A stretch of DNA of 61,741 nucleotides, filler included, from an uncultured bacterium (GTDB lineage Bacteria; CAYSBA01), in NCBI GenBank assembly GCA_964429075.1. It is 18 parts of 18 records of this genome, joined end to end, with 100 filler letters (N's around TTAATTAATTAA, not from the genome) between each part and the next. Parts side by side here need not be neighbours in the genome. Positions count along the whole stretch, not along the records: positions 31,605 to 34,949 come from CAYSBA010000211.1; positions 35,050 to 38,360 come from CAYSBA010000212.1; positions 38,461 to 41,771 come from CAYSBA010000213.1; positions 41,872 to 45,173 come from CAYSBA010000214.1; 14 more parts are not named here. One strand, written 5' to 3'. The number at the start of each line of letters is the position of its first letter. Position 1 is the stretch's first letter. Positions 31,902-43,043 of this stretch are shown here, piece after piece. The translations under genes and the position numbers were made by a program. Below the pieces are notes generated by a model. The model saw only the letters and a program-made list of their open reading frames with translations. It was not told where the DNA came from and searched no databases.

Positions 31902-32906
31902 TTGACAGATAAAAGATTTCTAAAATACCAGAAAGGGCATAGGCTGGGTATTATTGTTAACCCATTCTCAGGCAGATTTAGAAACAGACGGCTCTCAATA
32001 GCAGATATAGACAGGGTTGTAGGGGATGATGCAATCATATTGACAAGCTCATCAGATGAATTTGCGGTTGATCTTGTAAAATCACTTGTGGAATCTGGCT
32101 GTTCTTTGATAGGTGTTGCCGGTGGAGATGGCACTCTTTTTTCTATTCTGAATGCCTATATAAATAATTTTGGTGAAGATACTGAAATGCCTGTCATTTT
32201 CCCTTTAAAGAGCGGTACAATAAACATTGTGGCTGATGCAATTGGTTACAGTGGAGATACGATAGATATATTAAAATGTGTTATCAACAGGATTCATTCA
32301 ACTGAAGGGTTGGCCCTTCTTTCAAAAAGGGTGCTTAAAGTCAAGATAAGTTATAGAGAAACTCCTCTTTACTGTTTTGTACTATCTGGTGGCATTATCT
32401 ATCGCTTTATTTATTCATACTATGCAAGATCAAATCCAACAAAAATAAAGGCCTTTTATTCAACAATTAAGGATATCCTGAGTTTTTTTTCATCCTCAAA
32501 AGATGCAAAAGAATTCTGGCGAAGTGAGCAGATAGAAATTTCTGTTGATGGATCTGAATTTAAAAGAGATAATTTTCTTGTCCTGATACTCTCTGCCATC
32601 AGTAAGATGCCACTCTGGTTTAATCCATTTTCATCAGTGGGTGAAGAAGAATCCGGGATAAGGCTTTTATACAATACAATGAGCGCAAAAAAGGCAATAT
32701 TTAGTTTGTTAAGGCACATCAGAGGAGAGATCCCTCCATCAGAAGAGCATATATGTCGATTATGTCAGCAGGTTGATCTAAAATTATCGGGTGGTATAGT
32801 TATAGATGGAGAAATATTTAATATATACGGTGATACCACAATAAATGTTACTGTTGGTCCGAAGATCTATATGCCGGATCTTCGATACACTAGAAAAAGA
32901 AAATAG
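31902..32906 (+). CDS. Diacylglycerol/sphingosine kinase-family lipid kinase
   Basis: IVNPFSG, AGGDGT, LKSGTIN, IDGE. Confidence 0.82.
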   Translation: MTDKRFLKYQKGHRLGIIVNPFSGRFRNRRLSIADIDRVVGDDAIILTSSSDEFAVDLVKSLVESGCSLIGVAGGDGTLFSILNAYINNFGEDTEMPVIFPLKSGTINIVADAIGYSGDTIDILKCVINRIHSTEGLALLSKRVLKVKISYRETPLYCFVLSGGIIYRFIYSYYARSNPTKIKAFYSTIKDILSFFSSSKDAKEFWRSEQIEISVDGSEFKRDNFLVLILSAISKMPLWFNPFSSVGEEESGIRLLYNTMSAKKAIFSLLRHIRGEIPPSEEHICRLCQQVDLKLSGGIVIDGEIFNIYGDTTINVTVGPKIYMPDLRYTRKRK

Positions 32907-34948
32907 ATACCAAGAAGCATGGAGCTCAAGATACTGTCACCACTGTTCCCAAACATACAACTACATGTCTGACGACTCAAGGAACTATCGTTGTTGACAT
33001 TGTTCTGATTGTCTTTTGTATAATCCAGGACAGTAAAACCACCTTTGAAGATATAGTTACTACCATCAGGATTAGTAAAGGTCACATCTCTATCCCCCAG
33101 AGGGGCATCATCTGCTATTGATATATTAAGCTTAAGACTGCCATCGTCCTGTAGTTGCGATGAATTTACCCATACTCCATCACCTGAGAATTCTACAGCT
33201 GTCTCCTCATATAGACCACTTCCTTTTACAATGATATCCATACCATAGGTCCCACGTTCGCCTCTGTCTGGATTTATTTCATCAACAGATGGAGGTGCAA
33301 TACTTTTTACCTGGAAGCCTTCGAATAGCTGTGCAACAATACCATTTTGGAATGTTACCGTAACATTCCTCTTTCCTTCTGCAGCATCAGGCTGGATATC
33401 TATGGTGGCATCTATTTCAGAGCTTGAAACCTTAACAAAATTTTTAACAACAATATCATCTGATCCAAAATCTACGGAATCCAGATCAACATCAAAATGA
33501 GATCCAAGGATCTTTACCAAAAGGTCTTTATTACCGGTGTATCCCACATCTGGATCAATATATAGAATTGTTGGTCTTACAGTATAATCTATTGTATAGG
33601 TGTATGAGCTCTGTTGAAATTCTTGGGCATCTGGATCGTGTGAACCGTCAGATAGATTCATAACAATTGCCACTATAGAGGATATACCGGTTAGGGATTC
33701 TACAGTGTGGTTGATTGTACCTCCATTGTAATCTGTAGAAAAATCATCCTTACCTGTCATGTTGCCTCTTGAATCGAGATAGAGAAATCTTACCCACCAC
33801 TTTTTGGCAGGAAACTCAAAGCTAAATCCTATCTTGTCGTCCTGTAGTGCTCCGTGGGTATCTATAACTATGTAATTTGTACCGTATTCTGCAGGACCTG
33901 CAAAAGGTGTCTGATCAGTTACAGGTAGATCTCCAATCTGATACTTGGCTGTAAGGACAGGTTCTGCTCCATAGAATTGTCCGGCACCTGGTAGATGTTT
34001 CCCGTCATCGTTATTCCCCATAAAAAAACGTGATTCAGCAAAATCTGTATATATTCTATCCAAGGACGTGTCTGCGATCTGTGGTATTACATCGAGATAG
34101 TCTGGCTCATTTCTACCACTTGTTTGCGGTTGAATACTTTTTTCCCACATATCTTTGATAAAGGAACCATCGTGATTGCCAAAGGTTGTATCTAAATATA
34201 GTAAAAATAGAGATGCACCGTACATATAGATGGTGCGTTCGTCGCTTCCGCCGAAGGATTCGTAGACATAATCTATAGCGAACCACGGATATTTTTGAAA
34301 GTAGGGTACAAAACCTATCATATCAGGATCGTTTGGATAGACCACTGTCTCCATATAGGTCGAGGTGGATTCCCAGATTGGGTGAGGCTCCCAGCAGTCC
34401 ATTGCAGCCTGATTGGTGTGGTTAAATTCATGCGCTACAACAAATGGAATCTGGTAGGAAGGGTTCTGTTCATCCACAACAACATAGGTCACGCAGTCTG
34501 GTTCGTCTGTAGGTGGATACTGATAGTAGTAGAAATCGGTGTATCCACCTCCACCCATACCGGTAGGTCCCAAATAGATGTCAACACCATTTGTTACAGA
34601 ACCATCAAATACTGTTAAAGGTTTATAAAATCCGAGTTCATCTACAAGGACCTCCCATGAGTGTTCAGCGTAGCCTACCATAGCCTCTGCAAGATTTTCC
34701 TGAGATTGGGTCCTGTAGTGGACTCTTATTGGATATACATCAGATTCTTTATAGCCAATGCTCGATGGAGGTCGTCTGAGTGATTGCAATTTATGTTTTG
34801 TCTCTTCGGAAAGCAGTGAATAATTATTTTTAAGTTCAATATTTACCGATGTTCCACACAGCGGTAGGTCCCATACGTATTGTTTCAGATTATCGGGCAA
34901 TAAATCTGGTGCTTTAAGTGCATACTGTTTATAGAGGATTGCTGTATC
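32867..34948 (-). CDS. Putative zinc metalloprotease (MXAN_6640-like) with two IPT/TIG-like domains and a MYXO-CTERM-like tail, 5'-truncated
   Basis: VAHEFNHTNQ (HExxH) and WESTSTYME. Two P..G...V.I.G..F/L...G.RDV/NV repeats; C-terminus CSC...LLGIYFLFLVYRR. Confidence 0.72.
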   Translation of the reverse strand, partial: DTAILYKQYALKAPDLLPDNLKQYVWDLPLCGTSVNIELKNNYSLLSEETKHKLQSLRRPPSSIGYKESDVYPIRVHYRTQSQENLAEAMVGYAEHSWEVLVDELGFYKPLTVFDGSVTNGVDIYLGPTGMGGGGYTDFYYYQYPPTDEPDCVTYVVVDEQNPSYQIPFVVAHEFNHTNQAAMDCWEPHPIWESTSTYMETVVYPNDPDMIGFVPYFQKYPWFAIDYVYESFGGSDERTIYMYGASLFLLYLDTTFGNHDGSFIKDMWEKSIQPQTSGRNEPDYLDVIPQIADTSLDRIYTDFAESRFFMGNNDDGKHLPGAGQFYGAEPVLTAKYQIGDLPVTDQTPFAGPAEYGTNYIVIDTHGALQDDKIGFSFEFPAKKWWVRFLYLDSRGNMTGKDDFSTDYNGGTINHTVESLTGISSIVAIVMNLSDGSHDPDAQEFQQSSYTYTIDYTVRPTILYIDPDVGYTGNKDLLVKILGSHFDVDLDSVDFGSDDIVVKNFVKVSSSEIDATIDIQPDAAEGKRNVTVTFQNGIVAQLFEGFQVKSIAPPSVDEINPDRGERGTYGMDIIVKGSGLYEETAVEFSGDGVWVNSSQLQDDGSLKLNISIADDAPLGDRDVTFTNPDGSNYIFKGGFTVLDYTKDNQNNVNNDSSLSRQTCSCMFGNSGDSILSSMLLGIYFLFLVYRRSGI

Positions 34949-35049
34949 GNNNNNNNNNNNNNNNNNNNNNNNNNNNNNNNNNNNNNNNNNNNNTTAATTA
35001 ATTAANNNNNNNNNNNNNNNNNNNNNNNNNNNNNNNNNNNNNNNNNNNN

Positions 35050-36998
35050 CATTAGACTGGTATATTGCATCGTTAGTATATAAAGATGAAATAATGGAGC
35101 CTGCTATACGTGTTAGTAAAAAGGTGATTGGATTGACAATTTTGATAGTTGTAATCTCTGTCATCTTTTCTTTGGTGTTTGTAAATACAATAAATAGACC
35201 GCTGGATACACTTGTTGCATTAATGAAACAGATACATCATAAAGGAATAATGGATAAAAAGATTGATTTAAAAGGCCCTCCAGAGATTATAGAAATGGGA
35301 AATATATTTAATGTAATGATAGATAGCTTGAGGGATTATCAACATAACCTTGAAGAAAAGGTAAAAGAGAGGACCAGAGAGCTTGAGGAGACTAACAAAA
35401 TGCTTAAAGCTGCCAAAGAGGCAGCAGAGAGTGCAAATAGGGCGAAAAGTGAATTTCTGGCCATGATGAGCCATGAGATAAGAACCCCAATGAACGCTAT
35501 CATAGGTATGGCAGAGCTTCTGTGGGAGACAGAGCTCTCTCAGGAGCAGAGACAGTATGTACAGACCTTTCGTTCTGCAAGCGAAACATTGCTTGGTATT
35601 ATAAATGATATCCTTGACATCTCCAAAATAGAGGCAGGCAAAATGACCCTTGAATCTGTGGAATTTAGCCTGAAAGATGCAATCGAATCTATTGGAGATG
35701 TGATGGGAGTGAGGGCCCATGAAAAGGGTCTTGAACTTGTATTCTTTATCGATCCCGATGTCCCGGAATATGTGCTCGGTGATCCTTTGCGTATAAAACA
35801 GGTCTTTTTAAACCTTATTGGAAATGCTATAAAGTTTACAGAAAAGGGAGAGGTTGTAGTCAGGGTTAAAAAGGAGAGAGTTTATGATAATTTTGTTGAG
35901 CTTTTTTGTTTTGTCAAAGATACAGGGATTGGGATACCAAAAGAAAAGCTATCTACAATCTTTGAAAAGTTTACACAGGCAGATCTATCTACAACGAGAA
36001 GATTTGGTGGAACAGGTTTGGGCCTTACTATATCTAAGCATATAGTTGAGATGATGGGAGGTAAGATGTGGGTGGAGAGTGAAGAGGGGAAGGGAAGTAC
36101 CTTCTATTTTACCTTAAAGTTTCCCATTGCTGAAAAAAAGACAGTACAGGTTCAAAAATTACCTGATCTAAAAGGGTTGAGGGCATTAATAGTAGATGAT
36201 AATGAAACCAACAGACTAATTTTAAAGAAAATGCTGTATAACTGGGGTGTGAATGTGAGAGAAGCTGAAGATGGACCTTCATGTATAGAGGAACTTGAAA
36301 GATCAAAAAAAGATGGAAGAGATTTCGATTTTATTCTACTTGACTGCAGAATGCCCTATATGGATGGCTTTCAGGTTATTGAAAAGATCAAAGGACAATT
36401 TGGCAACAACAAAGAGGTAATTTTAATGTTGACCTCTGATAGTAGGGCTGGTCATGCAGAGAGGGCAAAAAAGCTCGGGATCTCACATCTTCTGGTCAAG
36501 CCCATAAGACAGCGTGAACTTTATGATGCAATTTTAAGTGCGCTTGGTAAAAAAAGAAGTGAAGATTTAAAGAAAAGGGACGAAATCTCAGAGAAACTCC
36601 AACAGCTTAGTCCTTTAAACATACTACTGGTTGATGATTCTCCTGATAACAGGATGTTGATCAAGTCGTATCTCAAAAAGACACCTCATAAAATCGATAT
36701 TGCAGAAAATGGGAAAGAGGCAGTTGAGAAGTTTTTAGAAAATCAGTATGATCTGATACTTATGGATGTTCAGATGCCCATAATGGATGGATTGACCGCC
36801 ACTAAAAAGATAAGAGAGTATGAAAAAGAAAGAGGCCTTAAAAGAACCACCATACTGGCACTAACAGCACATGCACTAAGGGAGGAACAGGAAAAAAGTA
36901 TAAAGGCAGGTTGTGATGCCCATCTGACAAAGCCAATTAAGAAAAAGATCCTTTTGGAGGCATTGGAGAAGTATGGGCACAAAGATATTAGTAGTTGA
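35050..36998 (+). CDS. Hybrid sensor histidine kinase (HAMP-HisKA-HATPase-REC-REC), 5'-truncated
   Basis: [34 protein letters not shown], and two REC domains. Confidence 0.93.
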
Positions 36999-37953
36999 TG
37001 ATTCACAAGATTCTCGCCTTCTCCTTGTAAGGTTTCTAAAAAAGGCAGGTTACAAAGATATTGTGACAGCTGATTCTGCTAAAATGGCCCTGGACCTAAT
37101 ACAAGGAAAAGATTTTGATCTGATCCTGACAGATTTAGTTATGCCTGAAATGGATGGGATAGAACTCTGTAAAATTATAAGAAAAGACAGTGGAATGTTG
37201 GATATTCCAATCATTATGGTAACATCTGCAAGCGAGATGGATTATTTAAAGCAGGCCTTTGAGACTGGTGCTCTCGATTACATAACAAAACCCGTAAAAA
37301 AGATTGAGCTGTTAGCAAGGGTCAAGACCGCCCTCAAGCTAAAAGAGGAGATGGATCGAAGAAAAAAGAGAGAGCAGGAGTTAAAAGAGCTGGCAGAAAA
37401 ACTTGAGGTGGCCAATGAGAGACTGAAGAGACTCTCTTCTCTGGATGGACTTACTGGAATTGCCAACAGAAGGATATTTGACGAGACCCTGCAGAGGGAG
37501 TGGAACAGGGCAATAAGAGAACAGTCTGTTATTTCGTTGATCATGCTGGATGTAGATAATTTCAAGTTGTACAATGACACATACGGACACCTTATGGGTG
37601 ATGAATGTCTGAAGAGTGTGGCTTCTGTTATTGCAGAAAGGTTGAAAAGGAGTGTTGACCTTCCTGCACGATACGGTGGAGAGGAATTTGCCTGCATTTT
37701 GCCTGGGACAGAAAAGGATGGTGCATTCTATGTTGCAGAAAGTATACGAGAGTCTGTTAAGAATCAAAAGATTCCACACAAAAAATCAACAAAAAAGATA
37801 GTTACAGTGAGCATAGGAGTTGCCACAACTATACCAAAGAAGAATACAAATCCCATAGAACTTATAAATAAAGCAGATAGTGCTCTCTATAAAGCAAAAA
37901 GCACAGGTAGAGATAAAACCTGTGTTTATGATGAGAAAGAGGCTGATCTATAA
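36973..37953 (+). CDS. REC-GGDEF diguanylate cyclase (PleD/WspR-like)
   Basis: REC domain, coiled coil, DGLTG, intact ARYGGEEF and an RxxD I-site (RSVD). Confidence 0.93.
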   Translation: MGTKILVVDDSQDSRLLLVRFLKKAGYKDIVTADSAKMALDLIQGKDFDLILTDLVMPEMDGIELCKIIRKDSGMLDIPIIMVTSASEMDYLKQAFETGALDYITKPVKKIELLARVKTALKLKEEMDRRKKREQELKELAEKLEVANERLKRLSSLDGLTGIANRRIFDETLQREWNRAIREQSVISLIMLDVDNFKLYNDTYGHLMGDECLKSVASVIAERLKRSVDLPARYGGEEFACILPGTEKDGAFYVAESIRESVKNQKIPHKKSTKKIVTVSIGVATTIPKKNTNPIELINKADSALYKAKSTGRDKTCVYDEKEADL

Positions 37954-37958
37954 AGGAG

Positions 37959-38279
37959 GTGAAAATGGCAGGCGATCAAGAGAAGATTATTGTTTATGTG
38001 GATTCTGATCTTGAGGATTTGATACCAGTTTTTTTAGAGAACCGTCAAAAGGATATTAAAGAGTTATCAGATGCCCTTGCTGAAGGGGATTTGGAAAAGA
38101 TACGGGTAATTGGTCATACCCTGAAGGGTATAGGGGGTGGATATGGTTTTGATAGGATTACAGAGATTGGTGCGTCGTTGGAGAGGGCAGCAAAGGAAAA
38201 CAGAAAGAATGAAATAGAAAAGCTATTAAAAGACTTTAAAGACTTTCTCGATAGAGTAGAGGTGAGATACGAAGAATAA
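37959..38279 (+). CDS. Hpt phosphotransfer protein
   Basis: GHTLKGIGGGYGF; AAGGAGG RBS. Confidence 0.9.
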   Translation: MKMAGDQEKIIVYVDSDLEDLIPVFLENRQKDIKELSDALAEGDLEKIRVIGHTLKGIGGGYGFDRITEIGASLERAAKENRKNEIEKLLKDFKDFLDRVEVRYEE

Positions 38280-38460
38280 GCTTTTAGTAGGTTACATTAA
38301 ATGCCTTATTGGCACTTTTACAGGATTTTGTGTAAGGTCAATATTGAGGACGTATTAGGANNNNNNNNNNNNNNNNNNNNNNNNNNNNNNNNNNNNNNNN
38401 NNNNTTAATTAATTAANNNNNNNNNNNNNNNNNNNNNNNNNNNNNNNNNNNNNNNNNNNN

Positions 38461-39042
38461 GTCAGAACCAGATTCAACACCCACATACACATGGGGATAG
38501 TCCATGTGTATGTGGGTGTTGAATCTGGTTCTGACAGGACCCTTGAGGGTATTAAAAAGTCTATAGATGCTGCAATGAGTAAGGAAGCCATTACAATCCT
38601 TAATAGAAATGGAATCATCACAGAGACCTCATTTATAATGGGTTTCCCTGATGATACAAAGGAAACTATGGAGGAAACAATAAGGGCTGCAAAGTGGTTT
38701 GACCCCTATTTTGCACATTTTCTCGCACTTGCACCTTGGCCTTATGCAGATATTTACAGTCAGATGAAGGATTATATCGCTGTTAGTGATTATTCAAGTT
38801 ATAATCTTGTAACACCGGTGATCAGGCCAAAAGAGATGACTCTTAAGGATGTGGATCGATTTATCATAAGGGCCTATGCAGAATTTTACTCATACAGAAT
38901 GCAACACCTTGATAAGATGGATGAAGAACAGAAGAAATACATGATAAAATCTATGAAACTAATAATGAAAAGTTCTTTTCTAAAACAGAAACTCTTATCC
39001 TTGAAATTACCAACCACTTTCTTTAAAAGGTATATGACTTAG
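38461..39042 (+). CDS. Radical SAM protein (B12-binding class likely), C-terminal fragment
   Basis: YVGVESGS, SFIMGFPDDTKE, LAPWPY. Confidence 0.7.
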   Translation, partial: VRTRFNTHIHMGIVHVYVGVESGSDRTLEGIKKSIDAAMSKEAITILNRNGIITETSFIMGFPDDTKETMEETIRAAKWFDPYFAHFLALAPWPYADIYSQMKDYIAVSDYSSYNLVTPVIRPKEMTLKDVDRFIIRAYAEFYSYRMQHLDKMDEEQKKYMIKSMKLIMKSSFLKQKLLSLKLPTTFFKRYMT

Positions 39043-39063
39043 TAATTTATACTGGAGGATTAA

Positions 39064-39657
39064 ATGAAAAAGATTCTTTTTTGGGCAATCTTTGCCTTAG
39101 CTCTACCTATAGCCTGCCGGCAAAGTGTGCCAGAGGCATGGCAAAAGAAAGACAATACAAAAAAAACAGGACATGATCTCAATAAAAAAGGGCATGCTAT
39201 CCTGCCAGAGGGCCATCCAGATATAAAAAAGATGAAAAAAGAGATGACAGGTAAGATGAATATGGGCGCCATTCATCACAATAAGATAGTCAAGAAGATA
39301 GATATAACAGATGAGATAAAAAAGAGATATCCTGAGGCAATAATTGAGGTAAAAGATCTTTCAAACAATAAATCAAAAGAGTACAAGGTAGATGTTGGCA
39401 AAGAGATTTCTGTAGGTAAGGATTACAGACTTATTTTAAAATACATACTTCCAGATTTTAAGATGGATGAAAAAAGGATCTATTCGGGTTCTCTTGATCC
39501 CAGAAATCCTGCTGCTATGGTTGAAATAGTTGAGGGTAAAAAGACAATTTTTAATGGCTGGATCTTTAAGAAATACCCGAATGTGCACAATTTTAAAGGT
39601 GCAAAGATTGCTCTCAGATTGATAGACCTTGTAGGATCAAAGAATGCAAAAAAATGA
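39064..39657 (+). CDS. Lipoprotein, DUF2155-like
   Basis: Lipobox PIAC; LPEGHP; PDF...S..PRNPAA.VEI...FNGWIFKKYP.VH. Confidence 0.55.
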   Translation: MKKILFWAIFALALPIACRQSVPEAWQKKDNTKKTGHDLNKKGHAILPEGHPDIKKMKKEMTGKMNMGAIHHNKIVKKIDITDEIKKRYPEAIIEVKDLSNNKSKEYKVDVGKEISVGKDYRLILKYILPDFKMDEKRIYSGSLDPRNPAAMVEIVEGKKTIFNGWIFKKYPNVHNFKGAKIALRLIDLVGSKNAKK

Positions 39658-40010
39658 GGGTGTTAATAACTTTTTATATCCTTTTGACCTTTCTTTTTAG
39701 CAGTTGCTTTTCCGATTCTAATGGAAGTTGTATCAAGAGTGGTGAACCTGGATGTATAAGCAGTGGAGATTGTTGCCTTTCTGGTGATCTGTGTATTGAT
39801 GTAGGTCGTTATACAATCTGCAGTTCTCGATACTGTATTGGTGATGAAAAAGAGGGGTGCGTGGTAGATTCCGATTGTTGTTCTAAGGAATATAGATGTG
39901 TCTTTACAGAAGGAGGGAAGCATCTCTGTCTCCTACCCTGTCTGACTGATAGTGATTGTATGGGTAGAGGCAGGTGCAGAAACGTGCAGGGTGAAAGATA
40001 CTGTATGTGA
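39654..40010 (+). CDS. Small Cys-rich lipoprotein
   Basis: Lipobox FSSC; repeated GC..(S/D)..CC and CLTDSDC units. Confidence 0.6.
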   Translation: MRVLITFYILLTFLFSSCFSDSNGSCIKSGEPGCISSGDCCLSGDLCIDVGRYTICSSRYCIGDEKEGCVVDSDCCSKEYRCVFTEGGKHLCLLPCLTDSDCMGRGRCRNVQGERYCM

Positions 40011-41771
40011 AAGATATGAGATATGGCTTAACATGGTATCAACGATCCTTTTTGTATTTTGTTTTTATATATCTTTTTATATTGCTTATTCCAGAACCCG
40101 GGTTCAGAGATACGCCAGAGTTTATTGTAAGTGGATGGGAGCTTGGTGTTGCCCATCCTTCTGGCTATCCTATTCTTTCTATAGTTGCAAAGTTTTTTGA
40201 CGTTTTCTTACCCTTCGGTTCAATTCAGATAAGGTCAGCCCTTGTCTCTATAGTGGGATTTGTGCTCCTATTTACACTTTTAATGACTATCTTAAACAGA
40301 TACCTTGATCCGGTATTAACAATCCTTTTAATGATGCCATTTGTCCTCTGTAATAACACTGCAACCTGCAGCCTCGGTATTGAAGTATATTCCCTTTCGG
40401 CATTTCTAATTTTACTCATTATTGATACAGCCCAACCAGAAAAGAACAAACCTGTGTTGATAGCATTTCTGTGTGGACTCTCTTTTTCTCTGTACAGTCC
40501 GAGTATCTTTTTCCTTTTTCCACTTTTAATCATCATTCTGTTTTTACAAAATAACTATTATTCAAGAGCTGTAGCTCTTTTTGTACTTTTATTAGGACTC
40601 TCAATATATATATATTTACCAATCAGGGCATCCCATCCACTCCTTATGAACTGGAACGATCCAGAAGATTTGAAGTCCTTTTTATACCTTGTGATGGACA
40701 AAAAAGATAAGGCATTACACTTCTCTGAGACAAAGGATTGGGCAGCCATGTTAGGTTTTTTATGGCGCTGGACAAAGAATTTAATCTATCAGTTAGGTCC
40801 TGTTACTTTATTTTTTATTCTAATGATACCCTTTGTGAAAATCAAAAAGTTCAATCGCTATTCTTTTGCAATACTTTTAGGGTTTTTGATCTATAGTGTA
40901 TTTTTTATTGCATGGACAGAGGGTGCTACCCTTGTTGAATTTGCATTGATAATAGTCGGTGCATCCTATGTCCTTGGTGATATAATCAGGTCTATGGTCC
41001 ATACAGAAAGAAAAAAACAGTTTATAATGTATGCAGTGCTTTTTATAAATATCGTAACTGTTTTCAAACTCGATAAAGGTGGGATAAAGGTTATAAAGGA
41101 GGATAGAGATAATAATCATTATGTTTACAGGACGGTAGGTGCGGATCTTTTGGGTTTGCCATTAAAATCGTTACTTCTCACTATGCATCTTGATTTTGTT
41201 GTAAGATATTTTCAGGATATCGAAAATCTAAGACGAGACATCTTTGTGGCCCATCAGGAGAGTTTCTACCATCCAGAGACAATATATCCAGTTGATTTTG
41301 TTTTTAATCCATGGATCAAAAAACCATACGGTACACCCAAAACAAATCCTGACTTTCTTACACAACTTTTATACATGAATGGTACAATCTTTGAGATTTT
41401 CTGGGAGATTAGTGAGATTAAATATCCTAAACTGGATAAGCAGATGGGGCCGGGCTATGGGATTTTTCTTAAAATTATTGGACCATCTGCAAACAACAGG
41501 GATTTTGTTGAATACCTCGAATATATCTCCGATCTTGTACTTAGAAGGATAAATAATTGGGGCAAGGAGAATATTGAGGCACTAACAGAAGGAGTCTATT
41601 ATGAAAATCTTATAGCGGATCATCTACGGGTCTTTGGTGAAAACTACAGGGTTGAGGAGATATTCAGAAAGAGCACTGATCTTTTAAGATACGAGCAGAT
41701 TCCACCCAGGATAAAGACAGAGCTACTTTATTCTGTATATATGGCAAGATTGTTAAGAGGGAATATTGAAG
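40007..41771 (+). CDS. DUF2723/TMEM260-like GT-C glycosyltransferase (3'-truncated)
   Basis: DTPEF...LGVAHPSGYP, EVYSL, YLPIRAS...NW.DP; multi-TM protein. Confidence 0.78.
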
Positions 41772-41871
41772 NNNNNNNNNNNNNNNNNNNNNNNNNNNNN
41801 NNNNNNNNNNNNNNNTTAATTAATTAANNNNNNNNNNNNNNNNNNNNNNNNNNNNNNNNNNNNNNNNNNNN

Positions 41872-41954
41872 CGTGTAAGATACAGTGTCAGTGCCTTTGC
41901 AAGCCTTTTTCTTTTTCTATCATCTACAACATCGTATGCCACAACAATATGCAT
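41872..41954 (-). CDS. cas2: CRISPR-associated Cas2, N-terminal fragment (absent from the ORF track)
   Basis: Manual translation gives MHIVVAYDVVDDRKRKRLAKALTLYLTR, the classic Cas2 start (YD...D.R.R..K.L..Y..R), 27 bp downstream of cas1. Confidence 0.9.
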
Positions 41955-41981
41955 AAAGATACCCAATTTTCAAAGATCAAT

Positions 41982-43043
41982 CTACCTTGTTGTAAAGGGC
42001 TGATATGACTCCTGCTCTCCCCTTACAACTCGTGCCATCATATAAACCTGTTGACGCATAATTTGCCTTATGTCAAGCCTCGAACCTGTTGGTTCATAAA
42101 AGATTCTCTCTCTCAATCGAGCAAAAAAAGAGGTAACAAAAACCTTCCTGCCTGAACCCTGTAGGTATATTGCATCTCTGGTATCAGATAGTTCTTCCTT
42201 TAAAACCTCTCCTTCAAGTGAGAACTCAACCTCTCTTTCAGGAGGTCCAAAATCAGCTAATGTAAGCTGTCTTCTGTTGATTAGTCTAAGCACAAGAGAA
42301 TCAACAACAATAGGTCTAAATTCCTCCATCATATCGAGTACCATTGATGGCCTCCCATAGGAGGGCTCATGCAGACAACCCAGAAATGGATCAAATCCTA
42401 TCTCCATAATCATACTCTCAAGCACAACTGCAAGCAGTGTATATCCAAATGATAGACATGCGTTTATTGGATCTCTTGGTGGTCTTTTATTTCTACCTGT
42501 AAAAGAAAAATCTGGATTTTTTATGGCTTTACCAAAGTGTTTGAAGTAAATTGCCGCAGCCTCACCTTCATAGCCCCTTACAATATCAAGATCTTTTATA
42601 TCTTTTAATGTCTCTTTAATTCTCCTCATCCTTGCAAGATCGTTTGCAAGCTCTCTGTCAGAAAGTTCTCTTTGAACTCGCATTAGTATGTTCCTCTGAT
42701 TGGTAATCTTACCAGCAACAATAGATGCTGCCATCTTTGTTGCAAATGCACGGTCTGAAAAGCGTTCAAATTGTCTTATTCTCAAAAGAACATTTTTTGA
42801 AAGATTACCCACAAGCCGTCCCTTATAGCTGCCAGAAGAAGATAGAAACACACAATCTATTCCCTCTTTGAGCAAAAGAGATACTGCCGAAGAGGTAACC
42901 TCAATTTTCCCCATAAGAACGACCTGTTCAATTTCATGATGCTTAATCCTCGCAATAGTTCCATGGCCTCTTTCAACTACGAGTTGCCCACCATCTACAG
43001 CAAGCTTCAACCCATTTTCTGTCAGAATCAGGGTCTTTGACAT
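41982..43043 (-). CDS. cas1: CRISPR-associated endonuclease Cas1
   Basis: GKITNQR, RGYEGEAAAIYF, RNKRPPRDPINACLSFGY, DPFLGCLH, MVLDMMEEFRPIVVD. Confidence 0.96.
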   Translation of the reverse strand: MSKTLILTENGLKLAVDGGQLVVERGHGTIARIKHHEIEQVVLMGKIEVTSSAVSLLLKEGIDCVFLSSSGSYKGRLVGNLSKNVLLRIRQFERFSDRAFATKMAASIVAGKITNQRNILMRVQRELSDRELANDLARMRRIKETLKDIKDLDIVRGYEGEAAAIYFKHFGKAIKNPDFSFTGRNKRPPRDPINACLSFGYTLLAVVLESMIMEIGFDPFLGCLHEPSYGRPSMVLDMMEEFRPIVVDSLVLRLINRRQLTLADFGPPEREVEFSLEGEVLKEELSDTRDAIYLQGSGRKVFVTSFFARLRERIFYEPTGSRLDIRQIMRQQVYMMARVVRGEQESYQPFTTR

